Shown one piece after another: positions 39,680-48,277 of a stretch of 64,000 nt of DNA; the first letter of the stretch is position 1; every line of letters starts with the position of its first letter. Location: positions 2,144,001 through 2,208,000 of the forward strand of contig OY969695.1 of NCBI GenBank assembly GCA_963701965.1. The letters run 5' to 3'. The notes beneath the pieces are model-generated. The model saw only the letters and a program-made list of their open reading frames with translations. It searched no databases and was not told the origin of the DNA. This DNA is from an uncultured Gemmatimonadales bacterium. GTDB lineage: Bacteria; Gemmatimonadota; Gemmatimonadetes; Gemmatimonadales; Gemmatimonadaceae. The translations under genes were made by a program, and so were the position numbers.

Positions 39680-41092
39680 ATGAGCGCTTGGTACCCACCG
39701 CCGCTGGCCGAGGACCGCCCCACCTACATCGCGCTCGCCAATGCGATCCGTGATGCCGTCACCGCCGGCACGCTCGCAGCGGGTGCGCGCCTCCCGACCA
39801 TCCGCGACCTCGCCGCCCATCTCCGTGTCGCCGCCGCGACCGTGACGCGGGCCTATGCCGAAGCCGAACGACGTGGGCTGACCACCGGAACGGTCGGACG
39901 TGGCAGCTTTGTGCGGGCCGCGCGCGCGATCGAATCCGCGTGGCGCGCGCCGTTCGCCACGCGCGAGTTCGTGGTGCCCGGCATCTACGACCTGCAGTCA
40001 CGCGTCCTGCCGAACCCTCACGAATGGGAGACCGCTGGAGGCGGTCGCGCGCTTTTGCCCTCGCCGCGGCATCAGGCCGAGCTCTTGGAGGCGCTCTACA
40101 CCCTGGCGCGCTCGACCGAACCGTGGACCGTGCGCGAGGCCGGCGTCCAGTGGGCGGCACACTGTGGTGTCGACATCGCGCCCGAACAAGTTCTTCTCGC
40201 CGCTGGCGGGCAACATGCGGTGGCCGCGGCGTTGTGCGCGGTGCGGACGGGCGATGCGCCGATCGCGGTGCCGGCGCTCACGAACTCCGGCGTCCTCACG
40301 GCGGCGCTCCATCTGCGTGTGCCACTGGTCGCGGTGCGGACTGATGCGCAGGGGTTCGACCCGCGCCATCTGGAACGCGTCTGCCGGTCGGCACACCCGT
40401 GCGCGATCTACTGCGCACCGGCCGTGGGGAATCCTATCCCGCAGGCCATGACCGCCGATCGCCGTATGGCGCTGGCGCGCATCGCCGAGCGACACAAGAT
40501 CTGGGTCATCGACGATGACGCCGGCGGACTGCTGGTCAAGCGCTCGGGACCAGCGCTCACGACTTTGCTCCCGGCGCACACCCTGTGGCTCGGCAGCGTT
40601 TCGCAATCGCTCGGAATGGGATTTCGCGTCGCGTTCGTCGGTGCGCCACCGGGGCTCGCATCGCCAATGCAGGAGGCACTCCGCGCGCTCGCGTGGGTCG
40701 TGGCGACGCCGGGCGCGCAGCTGACCGCCCGCTGGCTCGCCGACGGGACGATCGTCCGCGTGATCCGCGCCCGCCGCGCCGCCATCGCCGAGCGGCTCCG
40801 CATCGTCACGCGCGTGCTCGGCCGACAACGCCATGTGATGATGCCGGGCGTGCCGTACGTCTGGCTCGACGCGCCGCCTGGGTGGCGCGCCGGACGACTC
40901 CATGCCGCCCTGTTGAGTGCCGGCGTCTCGGTCGCTCCCGGAGCGCAATTCATCGCCGGCGCGCTTCGGCCGCGTCAGGGCGTCCGAATCTCGGTCGGTG
41001 CGATGCTCTCGACCGCGCAGTACACCGACGCCCTGCGTCGCATCGCCGACGTGTGCGCCCATCCGGCGCGCTACCGCGCGACGGCGACGTGA
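39680..41092 (+). CDS. MocR/GabR family regulator (GntR wHTH + aminotransferase-like domain)
   Basis: GARLPTIRDLA...TVTRAY...GRGSFV; GGQHA, WVIDDD, GSVSQ..GFRV. Confidence 0.9.
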   Translation: MSAWYPPPLAEDRPTYIALANAIRDAVTAGTLAAGARLPTIRDLAAHLRVAAATVTRAYAEAERRGLTTGTVGRGSFVRAARAIESAWRAPFATREFVVPGIYDLQSRVLPNPHEWETAGGGRALLPSPRHQAELLEALYTLARSTEPWTVREAGVQWAAHCGVDIAPEQVLLAAGGQHAVAAALCAVRTGDAPIAVPALTNSGVLTAALHLRVPLVAVRTDAQGFDPRHLERVCRSAHPCAIYCAPAVGNPIPQAMTADRRMALARIAERHKIWVIDDDAGGLLVKRSGPALTTLLPAHTLWLGSVSQSLGMGFRVAFVGAPPGLASPMQEALRALAWVVATPGAQLTARWLADGTIVRVIRARRAAIAERLRIVTRVLGRQRHVMMPGVPYVWLDAPPGWRAGRLHAALLSAGVSVAPGAQFIAGALRPRQGVRISVGAMLSTAQYTDALRRIADVCAHPARYRATAT

Positions 41093-41208
41093 TTACTGGG
41101 TGGACGCGGGAGTGACCCGCGTCCGAGCGTGACGTTCGGCACTGGGACTCGCCGGCGCGGCAGAACATCCATGGACGCAAGCCGTACCGATTCTGGCGAT
41201 CACGCGCG

Positions 41209-42037
41209 CTAGTGGGCCCTCCACCAGGCCGTCACCAGGGCCGCGTATTCGTCGGCCCGGTCTTCCCAGAATGAAGTGCCCGGCGTCAATGATATCGAGC
41301 TTGCTGTCGGGTAGCCGGTCATGGAGAAACTCGGCGTTGACCGGCGGGACGATCGGATCATTCTTGCCGGTAATGATCTCCACGGGCGTTCGGATCGTCG
41401 GCAGCAGATCGCGCAGCACCGGCAACTCCGCCGGATACTGCCGCACGTAGGCCATGGACTCGGCGAACCGCTCGCCCGCGTACGACGCGAGATAATCGTC
41501 GCGCGCGGCTTCGGATGGCTTGTATCGATCGAGCGTCGCGATCGCGCCGGTCACGACCTGCCGTCCGTCGATGCGCCGGTAGGGCTCGATGTCAGGCGCC
41601 TCGACCCACTCCTTGAGCAGCCCGCCGACCTGGAGTGGATACGCCGCGGCCCCGGTCCCGACCACGAGGCTCCGGAGTCGTCCGGGATGCAGCGCCGCGG
41701 CGAAAAGCGCCGCGCCGGTGCCGACGTCCGGACCGACGACGTGCGGCCGCTCCAGGCCGAACGCGTCGATCACCCGTATCAGAAAGTCCCCCATCGCCCG
41801 CGGCGCCATGAGCGCCTCGCGGCGTTCGGACAGGCCGAACCCCGGGAGATCAATGGCGACGAGATGCGCGTGCTCCGCGAGCCGCGACCACGTGGCCTCG
41901 TACGCGTAGATGCTCTCCGGCCAAGGACTCAACAACAGGGCATCAATGTCGCGGTCGTCGCTCTCGGCATACCGGATGGCGAGCCCGTCGATCAGGCGGA
42001 TCTGCGGGCGGATGGATGAGTGCAGCGAAGTGGCCAT
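41209..42037 (-). CDS. Alpha/beta hydrolase (Asp-nucleophile type) with +1 frameshift near 41270
   Basis: DLPGFG, GPDVG; removing one T gives GHFIWEDRADEYAALV...stop at 41209. Confidence 0.8.
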
Positions 42038-42081
42038 GTGATGCTCCTCCCAATTCGCACGATACTGGGTCTGGTGGCCGT

Positions 42082-45000
42082 CTACAACACGCGCGGCAGC
42101 GTAAGGGTAAAACGTGATCCGTGTCCGAGCGAGCTGTGCACGGTCAGATCACCCTTCATAGCGCGCGCCAACTCGCAGCTGATCGCCAAGCCCAGCCCGA
42201 CGCCATCCGTAGCCTGACTCGTCAACTTGCGGTCGATCTGCACAAAGGGCTCGAAGATGCGTTCGATATACGCCGGGGCAATGCCGATGCCGGTGTCCCA
42301 GACCTCGATGCGCACGACATCGTCCGTGGTGGCGTAGTCAATCCCAATGCGCCCCTCGGGCGCCGTGAACTTGAGCGCGTTGGAGAGCAAGTTGAGCAGG
42401 ATCTGTCGGACCTTCTCCGGATCGGCGCGCACGACCGCCTCAGAGTCCCCCCGCTCGAACTGGAGCGCCTGCGCCCGGAGCTGCGGGGTGATGAGCTCGT
42501 GCAATTCCGCCGCCAACGCTCCCACGGGCACGTCGGACAGGTGGATGTCGAGGTGGCCCGCCTCGAGCTTGGCGAAGTTGAGGATGTCGTTGATGAGTAC
42601 GAGCAGATAGCGCGCGCTGCGCTTGATCCGACCGAAATCCACCAACTGCGCCTCGGTTACTGGCCCACGCAGCCCCTGTTCGAGCAGCTCCGTATATCCA
42701 CTGATCGCGTTGAGCGGCGTCCGCAGATCGTGGCTCATGTTGGCGAGGAAGTTGCTTTTCGTCTTATTGGCGATCTCCGCGATCTTGCGCGCTTCCTCGG
42801 CCATCGTCCGTCCCGCTTCGGCGACGTCGAGCAACTGCCGCCGCGCCTCGGAGACTTCGTCCGCCCGCTCGCCATAGCGCTTACTGGCGTCAATGTCCGC
42901 GAACACCAGCACGGCCCCGTCGACCCGGTGGTCGATCGTTTGATAGGGACGGATCGTCAGCGCCCACCAGCGCCCGTCATCGCCCCGCACTTCCTGCTCG
43001 ACCAGCGTCAGCGTCTCGATGACCTTGAGGATCTGGCGCTCCAAGTCGGGCACCGCGACGCGCATCCGGACGTCGTCGAGCGGGCGATTGACGTCGGATG
43101 CGATCACCCGCATGACCCGCTCGGTGGCCGGTGTGAACCGCCGGAGTCTGAGATCGGCGCCGACGATGACGATCGGGATCGTCGTGCTGGCCAGAATGTT
43201 GGCGAGGTCACCCGACAACGCCGCCAGATCGGTATTCCCGATCCCCAGTTGCTCGTTGAGCGTGGTCAGCTCCTCGTTCGTCGACTGCACCTCTTCCTTG
43301 GTAGTCTCCAATTCCTCGTTCGTGCTCTGCAACTCCTCGTTGCTCGACTGCAACTCTTCACTGGCCGCGCGGAGCTCTTCCACGGTCGCCTCGTGCTGCT
43401 CGACGATCCCTTGGAGATACCGCTTCATCACGGCAAGCTCCCGCGTCTCCCCACGCTGGCGGCGCTCCCGTATCGGGTCGCCTGGCGGATACGCTGCTCC
43501 ACGCCTTCGCTCCGTCGTCACGACTGGCACGACGGTAAACGTCACGACGAAACACGGAGCGCTCGCCGACGGTCGGAACGGGAACACGTCAATGGTGACT
43601 CGCCGGATCACGTCGCCGTCCACGAGCGTGATCCCTTCCTCGCGAACGGGCTTGCCGCTGTTCTGGGCGACGCTGACGGCGGCGCGGAGCGGCATGACCA
43701 GCTCTGGCCTCGCGAACTTGAGCAGCTCCAAGCTGGCCACACCTGGTACGTGCGTGAGGACACTCGCCGTGTCACCGCGGAACTGCAGGATCCGCAGGTG
43801 CTCGTCGATCACGACGCCCGGAGGCGACTGGGCGAGGAGGCACCGATCCGCCGCTTCCGCGATCTGTTCGGGCGATGGCACAGCCGACGGCGCGCGGCTG
43901 GGTTGGCCCATGCCTGCGCCCGGCTCCAGGGTCGGGAGAGTCGCCAGCGCGCGACCAATGTCGATCGGGTGCGTGGGGATCGCCCGCGGTCGATAGATCC
44001 GCTGCGCCTTGGCCAGGGGCTCGAACAACTCCGACCCCGCGTCCGCGGACTCGGCGCTTCCGAGGACGAGGATCCCGTGCTGGTCGAGCGCGTAACGGAA
44101 GATCGGGAACACACGCCGTTGCAGCGCCGGCTCCAGGTAGATGAGCACGTTCCGGCAACTGACGAGATCGAGATGGGAGAAGGGCGGATCGCGGACCACG
44201 TTCTGGCGGGAGAAGACACAAAGGTCGCGAACCGCCTTCGTGATTTGATACCCGTTCTCCCGCGCGACGAAGAAGCGCCGGAGCCGGTCCGGGGAGACAT
44301 GCTCGGCAATGGAGGCCGGATACCAGCCCGCGCGTGCTTTGACGATCGATGTTTCACGCAGGTCAGTGCCAAAGATTTGGATCGCCACATCGGCGGCCGC
44401 CTCACCCAGAAACTCGAGCAGCGCAATGGCCAGCGAATACGCTTCCTCGCCGCTGGCACACCCCGCGACCCACATGCGCACGGGGGTACCCCGGATATGC
44501 TCGTGCATCATCGCCGGGAACGCGGAGGTCTGCAGCGTCGCGAAGACCTCCGGGTCCCGGAAAAAGCGGGTCACGCCGATGAGCAGATCGTCATAGAGGA
44601 CGTCGAGTTCGGCGGGGTTGAGCCGCAGGTAGGCGAGATAGCCGCCGCGCGTGTCTTGCCGTTGGACGAGCATCCGTCGGAGGATGCGACGTTGCAGCGT
44701 GCCGCGACGATACTGCTGGAAGTTGACGCCGGTCCTCTTGTGCAGCAGCGTCAGGATCGCGCGCAGCTCCTCGTCTTCACGTACGAGCGGTGCACCACTC
44801 GACCGCGTCGCATCGTCGGGATGCTGCGCGAAGTGCGAACCCAGGCGGGTGAGCTGGTCGGCAATCTCCTCAGGCGTGAGAATGAAATCGACCGCCCCCG
44901 TGTCGACCGCGCTCTGGGGCATGCTGGGATAGAGCGCCGACGCGCCGTCTTGGGCGACCGTGATACCACCCGCCTCCTTGATCGCCTGGATCCCGCGCGT

Positions 45001-45465
45001 GCCATCCGACCCGGTCCCCGAGAGGATGACGCCGACGGCGTTGGTGCCATGCGCCTCGGCGAGCGAGCGCAGAAGCGCGTCGATGGGGAGGTGCGGCCCG
45101 CGACCCTGCGCCCGCGTGATCAGTCGGAGATGCCCGTCGGCGACCGTCATCGTGGTGTTGGGCGGGATCACGTGGGCCCGGTTCGGCTCAATGCGCATGC
45201 CGTCGACGGCCTGCACCACGGCCGTCGCCGATGCGCGGCCCAGCAACTCGGGCAGAAGACTCTTGTGCGTGGGATCGAGGTGCTGCACGAGGACGTACGC
45301 CAGGCCGGTGTTCGAAGGGATATGGTGCAACAGGCGCTGAAACGCATCCAACCCGCCCGCCGATGCGCCGATCCCGACAATGTATGGCTCCTGGCGGCGC
45401 AGGGACTCCGGCGGTTGGAATTCCGCGGCGCGTTGTGGCGCCGGGCGTGCTCTCTTCTTCGTCAT
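42082..45465 (-). CDS. CheB-CheR-PAS-histidine kinase fusion
   Basis: GASAGG/QH/GSDG (CheB), GVTRFFRD, GCASGEE, CRNVLIY (CheR), EELQSTNEEL coil, SHDLRTPL and N/G boxes. Confidence 0.93.
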   Translation of the reverse strand: MTKKRARPAPQRAAEFQPPESLRRQEPYIVGIGASAGGLDAFQRLLHHIPSNTGLAYVLVQHLDPTHKSLLPELLGRASATAVVQAVDGMRIEPNRAHVIPPNTTMTVADGHLRLITRAQGRGPHLPIDALLRSLAEAHGTNAVGVILSGTGSDGTRGIQAIKEAGGITVAQDGASALYPSMPQSAVDTGAVDFILTPEEIADQLTRLGSHFAQHPDDATRSSGAPLVREDEELRAILTLLHKRTGVNFQQYRRGTLQRRILRRMLVQRQDTRGGYLAYLRLNPAELDVLYDDLLIGVTRFFRDPEVFATLQTSAFPAMMHEHIRGTPVRMWVAGCASGEEAYSLAIALLEFLGEAAADVAIQIFGTDLRETSIVKARAGWYPASIAEHVSPDRLRRFFVARENGYQITKAVRDLCVFSRQNVVRDPPFSHLDLVSCRNVLIYLEPALQRRVFPIFRYALDQHGILVLGSAESADAGSELFEPLAKAQRIYRPRAIPTHPIDIGRALATLPTLEPGAGMGQPSRAPSAVPSPEQIAEAADRCLLAQSPPGVVIDEHLRILQFRGDTASVLTHVPGVASLELLKFARPELVMPLRAAVSVAQNSGKPVREEGITLVDGDVIRRVTIDVFPFRPSASAPCFVVTFTVVPVVTTERRRGAAYPPGDPIRERRQRGETRELAVMKRYLQGIVEQHEATVEELRAASEELQSSNEELQSTNEELETTKEEVQSTNEELTTLNEQLGIGNTDLAALSGDLANILASTTIPIVIVGADLRLRRFTPATERVMRVIASDVNRPLDDVRMRVAVPDLERQILKVIETLTLVEQEVRGDDGRWWALTIRPYQTIDHRVDGAVLVFADIDASKRYGERADEVSEARRQLLDVAEAGRTMAEEARKIAEIANKTKSNFLANMSHDLRTPLNAISGYTELLEQGLRGPVTEAQLVDFGRIKRSARYLLVLINDILNFAKLEAGHLDIHLSDVPVGALAAELHELITPQLRAQALQFERGDSEAVVRADPEKVRQILLNLLSNALKFTAPEGRIGIDYATTDDVVRIEVWDTGIGIAPAYIERIFEPFVQIDRKLTSQATDGVGLGLAISCELARAMKGDLTVHSSLGHGSRFTLTLPRVL

Positions 45466-45620
45466 GTGCGGTCGACGCTCGAATAAGGTACGTCGGACAG
45501 GCTCACCCCTCGCATTCTCTCGAGCCGTGCTGCGTTGAGTAGCATGGGACGCGTACCTCGAGCGGGGCCATCAGGTGATTGCGTCGAGCCGGGCCGGTGC
45601 GGCCTGGGATCCGGCACGGG

Positions 45621-45678
45621 GTCGATCCGGTTCGCCCGGCGGTCCGATAGTCTGGGCCGACGGGCGGTCGGGATCGAT
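45621..45678. terminator. Long imperfect GC hairpin downstream of the lipoprotein gene
   Basis: TCGATCC..CGCCCG.CGGTCC / GGGCCG.CGGGCG..GGATCGA. Confidence 0.35.
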
Positions 45679-45683
45679 GGGCG

Positions 45684-46169
45684 TTATGTCGCGTTGGGCG
45701 GCGCGAGGTTGCCGCAAGCGACGACGGTCTGCATGTTGGCTTCCGACGCGTTCACGGCGACGAAGTACGTCCCCGACGTCGGCAGCACCATGGGCACGGT
45801 CGCGGTGGAGGTTGCTTTTCCGTATTTGTCCACGACGAGCGGCGGATACGTGGTTCCCGCACCGACCACCGTGGCGCTGCCGTCACCGCACTGCCCCTGA
45901 TACAAGTGCCAGGGGTGCGCGCCATTCGGCGCCGCGTTGGTTATCGACACGGTGACCAGGCTCGTGCTCGCTCCACTCGCCGCCAGTGAGGCAATGCCAT
46001 CCACGTCGACGGCTCCCGTCATCCCACTCGGCGTGGAGAGGGTGCCGTTCCACTGGGTACTGGACGCGGCGTTCTGGGGATTGATCTGGCCGACCTGGCG
46101 ACGGCCCGCACACGCTAGCGCCGTGGACAGCACGGCCAGCGTGACGAAACTCCGGGTGACTACTCTCAT
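45684..46169 (-). CDS. Lipoprotein with Cu/Zn-SOD-like (or CHRD-like) fold
   Basis: Lipobox LAC; HPWHLYQGQCG, GKATSTAT, VACGNL. Confidence 0.65.
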   Translation of the reverse strand: MRVVTRSFVTLAVLSTALACAGRRQVGQINPQNAASSTQWNGTLSTPSGMTGAVDVDGIASLAASGASTSLVTVSITNAAPNGAHPWHLYQGQCGDGSATVVGAGTTYPPLVVDKYGKATSTATVPMVLPTSGTYFVAVNASEANMQTVVACGNLAPPNAT

Positions 46170-46250
46170 GAAGGAGGCCTCAAAGGCCAGAGGGTGACAC
46201 GCAGAGGACGAGAATCGTCGACCTTGCGGTCGTTCATGTGTTCGTGGTCA

Positions 46251-46279
46251 ATTATATTGTGCGTGATCGAATTTGTCAA
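46251..46279 (-). promoter_or_regulatory. Perfect consensus sigma70 promoter with an overlapping OhrR-like box
   Basis: Minus strand TTGACA (46279-46274), N17, TATAAT (46256-46251); AATTatATTGTGCGTGATcgAATT covers -10 and spacer. Confidence 0.8.
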
Positions 46280-46289
46280 TATCTAAGCG

Positions 46290-46317
46290 TTGACAAGGTC
46301 ATTGCGCGCTATATTAT
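46290..46317 (+). promoter_or_regulatory. Divergent sigma70-like promoter for the MarR gene
   Basis: TTGACA (46290), N16, TATTAT. Confidence 0.55.
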
Positions 46318-46370
46318 TTAAAGATGTCGGGCGGGTCCCATCGCCCATCCTTATCGACCGAGAGCCTTTC

Positions 46371-46871
46371 GTGACGAAGACCACCGACGACATCCCCGTC
46401 AACCTGAGCGATCGCGTGTCCTTCGACCTCTACGCCGCCGCGCGCGCGATCACGCGCGCCTACCGACCGCTCCTGGCGGAGCTCGGTCTGACCTACCCGC
46501 AGTACTTGGTCATGCTGATGCTCTGGCAACATGCCCCGCGCACGGTGAAAGAGCTGGGCGAGAGCCTGGAACTCGACTCCGGCACGCTGTCGCCTCTGCT
46601 CAAGCGGTTGGCCGCGTCCGGCCTGGTCACGCGCCAGCGCCGGGAGGACGACGAGCGCACCGTCGAGATCGCGCCCACGCTCAAAGGGCGCGGGCTATCC
46701 CGGGCGGCGGCCAGTGTACCGACCGCGCTCGCCACGGTGATGGGCCTGTCGCCCGACGAGGGCCGCAAGCTCCGGGCGTTGCTGCGGAAATTGGCGACGT
46801 CCCTCGAACTCCACCGGACGGAAGAGCCAATGTCCGTCGCGCGCGTCATCCCGCAGCTGGGCCAGGCCTGA
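46371..46871 (+). CDS. MarR family regulator, OhrR-like
   Basis: VSFDLYAAARAITRAYRPLL.ELGLTYPQYLVM, LDSGTLSPLLKRL, DER. Confidence 0.88.
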   Translation: MTKTTDDIPVNLSDRVSFDLYAAARAITRAYRPLLAELGLTYPQYLVMLMLWQHAPRTVKELGESLELDSGTLSPLLKRLAASGLVTRQRREDDERTVEIAPTLKGRGLSRAAASVPTALATVMGLSPDEGRKLRALLRKLATSLELHRTEEPMSVARVIPQLGQA

Positions 46872-46893
46872 TCGCGCCGCACGGACGCGCACT

Positions 46894-47358
46894 TCACGTC
46901 GTGTACTTGCGCACCGAATAGGCGATCGGCAAGCCGACGCCGAACCAATGCCAGACGAACTCCGGGATCTGCCGGTACCATGGCGAGTGACCGGGCGGCA
47001 AAGCGGACAACGGGACCACGACGAAGTGCATGAACGTCCACACACACGCGCCGAAGATCATGCCGGAAATCAGCGGCTGTTGCGTCAGGAACGCCCATTG
47101 GCGACTGACGACGTAAAACACCGTGGCGGCGCCGAGGGCGATCGTGAAGTGCAGCACGAAGCCCAATACGGTGGTGCCAACCGTCCCGCCGAGCTGGTGG
47201 CCGACCCCGAGCAAGCCGGCCGCGATGCCGCGCGGGATGCGGAGGGGATCCGACGGGCTGTAGACCAGCATGGCGTACGTCATGTCCAGCGCGCCGGCGG
47301 TCAGCCCTCCGACGAAAATCGCCGGAAACGGGCGCGGCCCAACCTGAGAATTTTGCAT
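46894..47358 (-). CDS. Small integral membrane protein
   Basis: GGLTAGALD..YA, IAAGLLG, LHFTIA, HWFGVGLPI; about four TM segments. Confidence 0.75.
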   Translation of the reverse strand: MQNSQVGPRPFPAIFVGGLTAGALDMTYAMLVYSPSDPLRIPRGIAAGLLGVGHQLGGTVGTTVLGFVLHFTIALGAATVFYVVSRQWAFLTQQPLISGMIFGACVWTFMHFVVVPLSALPPGHSPWYRQIPEFVWHWFGVGLPIAYSVRKYTT

Positions 47359-47534
47359 CGTCTACGGTACAGCGCGACCATATCCGACACAACGTACCTC
47401 GCGTCCAGTCCTGGGACGCGCCGTCCCATCGCCGGCCACGGCGCCCTGGCGGTCGCCGCCGTAACAAGCCGACAATACGCGAGTTAGACCCCGGCCGTAT
47501 CCGGCACGACACCTGCTCGACGTGACGGACCATT

Positions 47535-48113
47535 ATGGACATTCTCCAAGACACGCGCGCCGCGGTCCGCCGTCTCATGCGGTCACCGTGGTTCACGCTC
47601 GCCGTGGTATCGACGCTCGCCATCGCGATCGGCGCGCCGGGCGTTGGCGGAGACGGATCCGAACGTTCCCATGTACGACGCGCGCCCCTTCGCCGCCGCG
47701 ATCCGCCAGTCCGTCGAACGACCGCACATCTACGCGTCGGTCGTCAGCGCCTTCGCACTCGTCGCGGTGGCGCTCGCCGTGATCGGCATCTATGGCGTGC
47801 TCGCCTACTCGGTGCGGGCGCGCCGGCGCGAGCTCGGCATCCGCATGGCGCTCGGCGCGCGGCACCGTGAAGTCGTGGGCCTCGTCGTCGGTCAGGGGCT
47901 GCGCCTTGCGGGCATCGGCCTCGGCATCGGCCTCGCCGTCGCCTGGCTCACCAGCGGGTGCTGTCGGCGCTCCTGTACGGCATCACGGCCGGAGATCCGG
48001 CGACCTATGGGCTCGTCTGTGGCGCGCTCCTGATCGTGGCCACGCTCGCGTCGTGGTTGCCGGCTCGGAGCGCGGCGTCGATCGATCCCATCATCGCAAT
48101 GCGTCCGGAGTGA
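47535..48113 (+). pseudogene. ADOP ABC permease pseudogene with a large internal deletion
   Basis: N-terminus ...[18 protein letters not shown] joined out of frame to the terminal block [21 protein letters not shown]; second shift near 47955; ends IDPIIAMRPE. Confidence 0.85.
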
Positions 48114-48277
48114 GCATGCGCCCGGCGCCGGCCCCGTGGATGTCGTCGCGCGTGTCCTTGCGTAGCGCATCGACGTCGTAGGGCGAGACGAAGACGCTGA
48201 CGGCATCGACGCGGGTAGCGCGTTCGTCTGGGCGAATGTGGCCTGGCAGCCAGTCTCGTGCCAGATTTGACGTAGAC

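Noticed and set aside
43250..43400. 21-bp periodicity as a possible repeat array
   Set aside because: Coding heptads (EELQSTN) normal for CheB/CheR fusions.
42121..45486. 1121-aa plus-strand ORF
   Set aside because: Antisense shadow of the CheB/CheR kinase gene.
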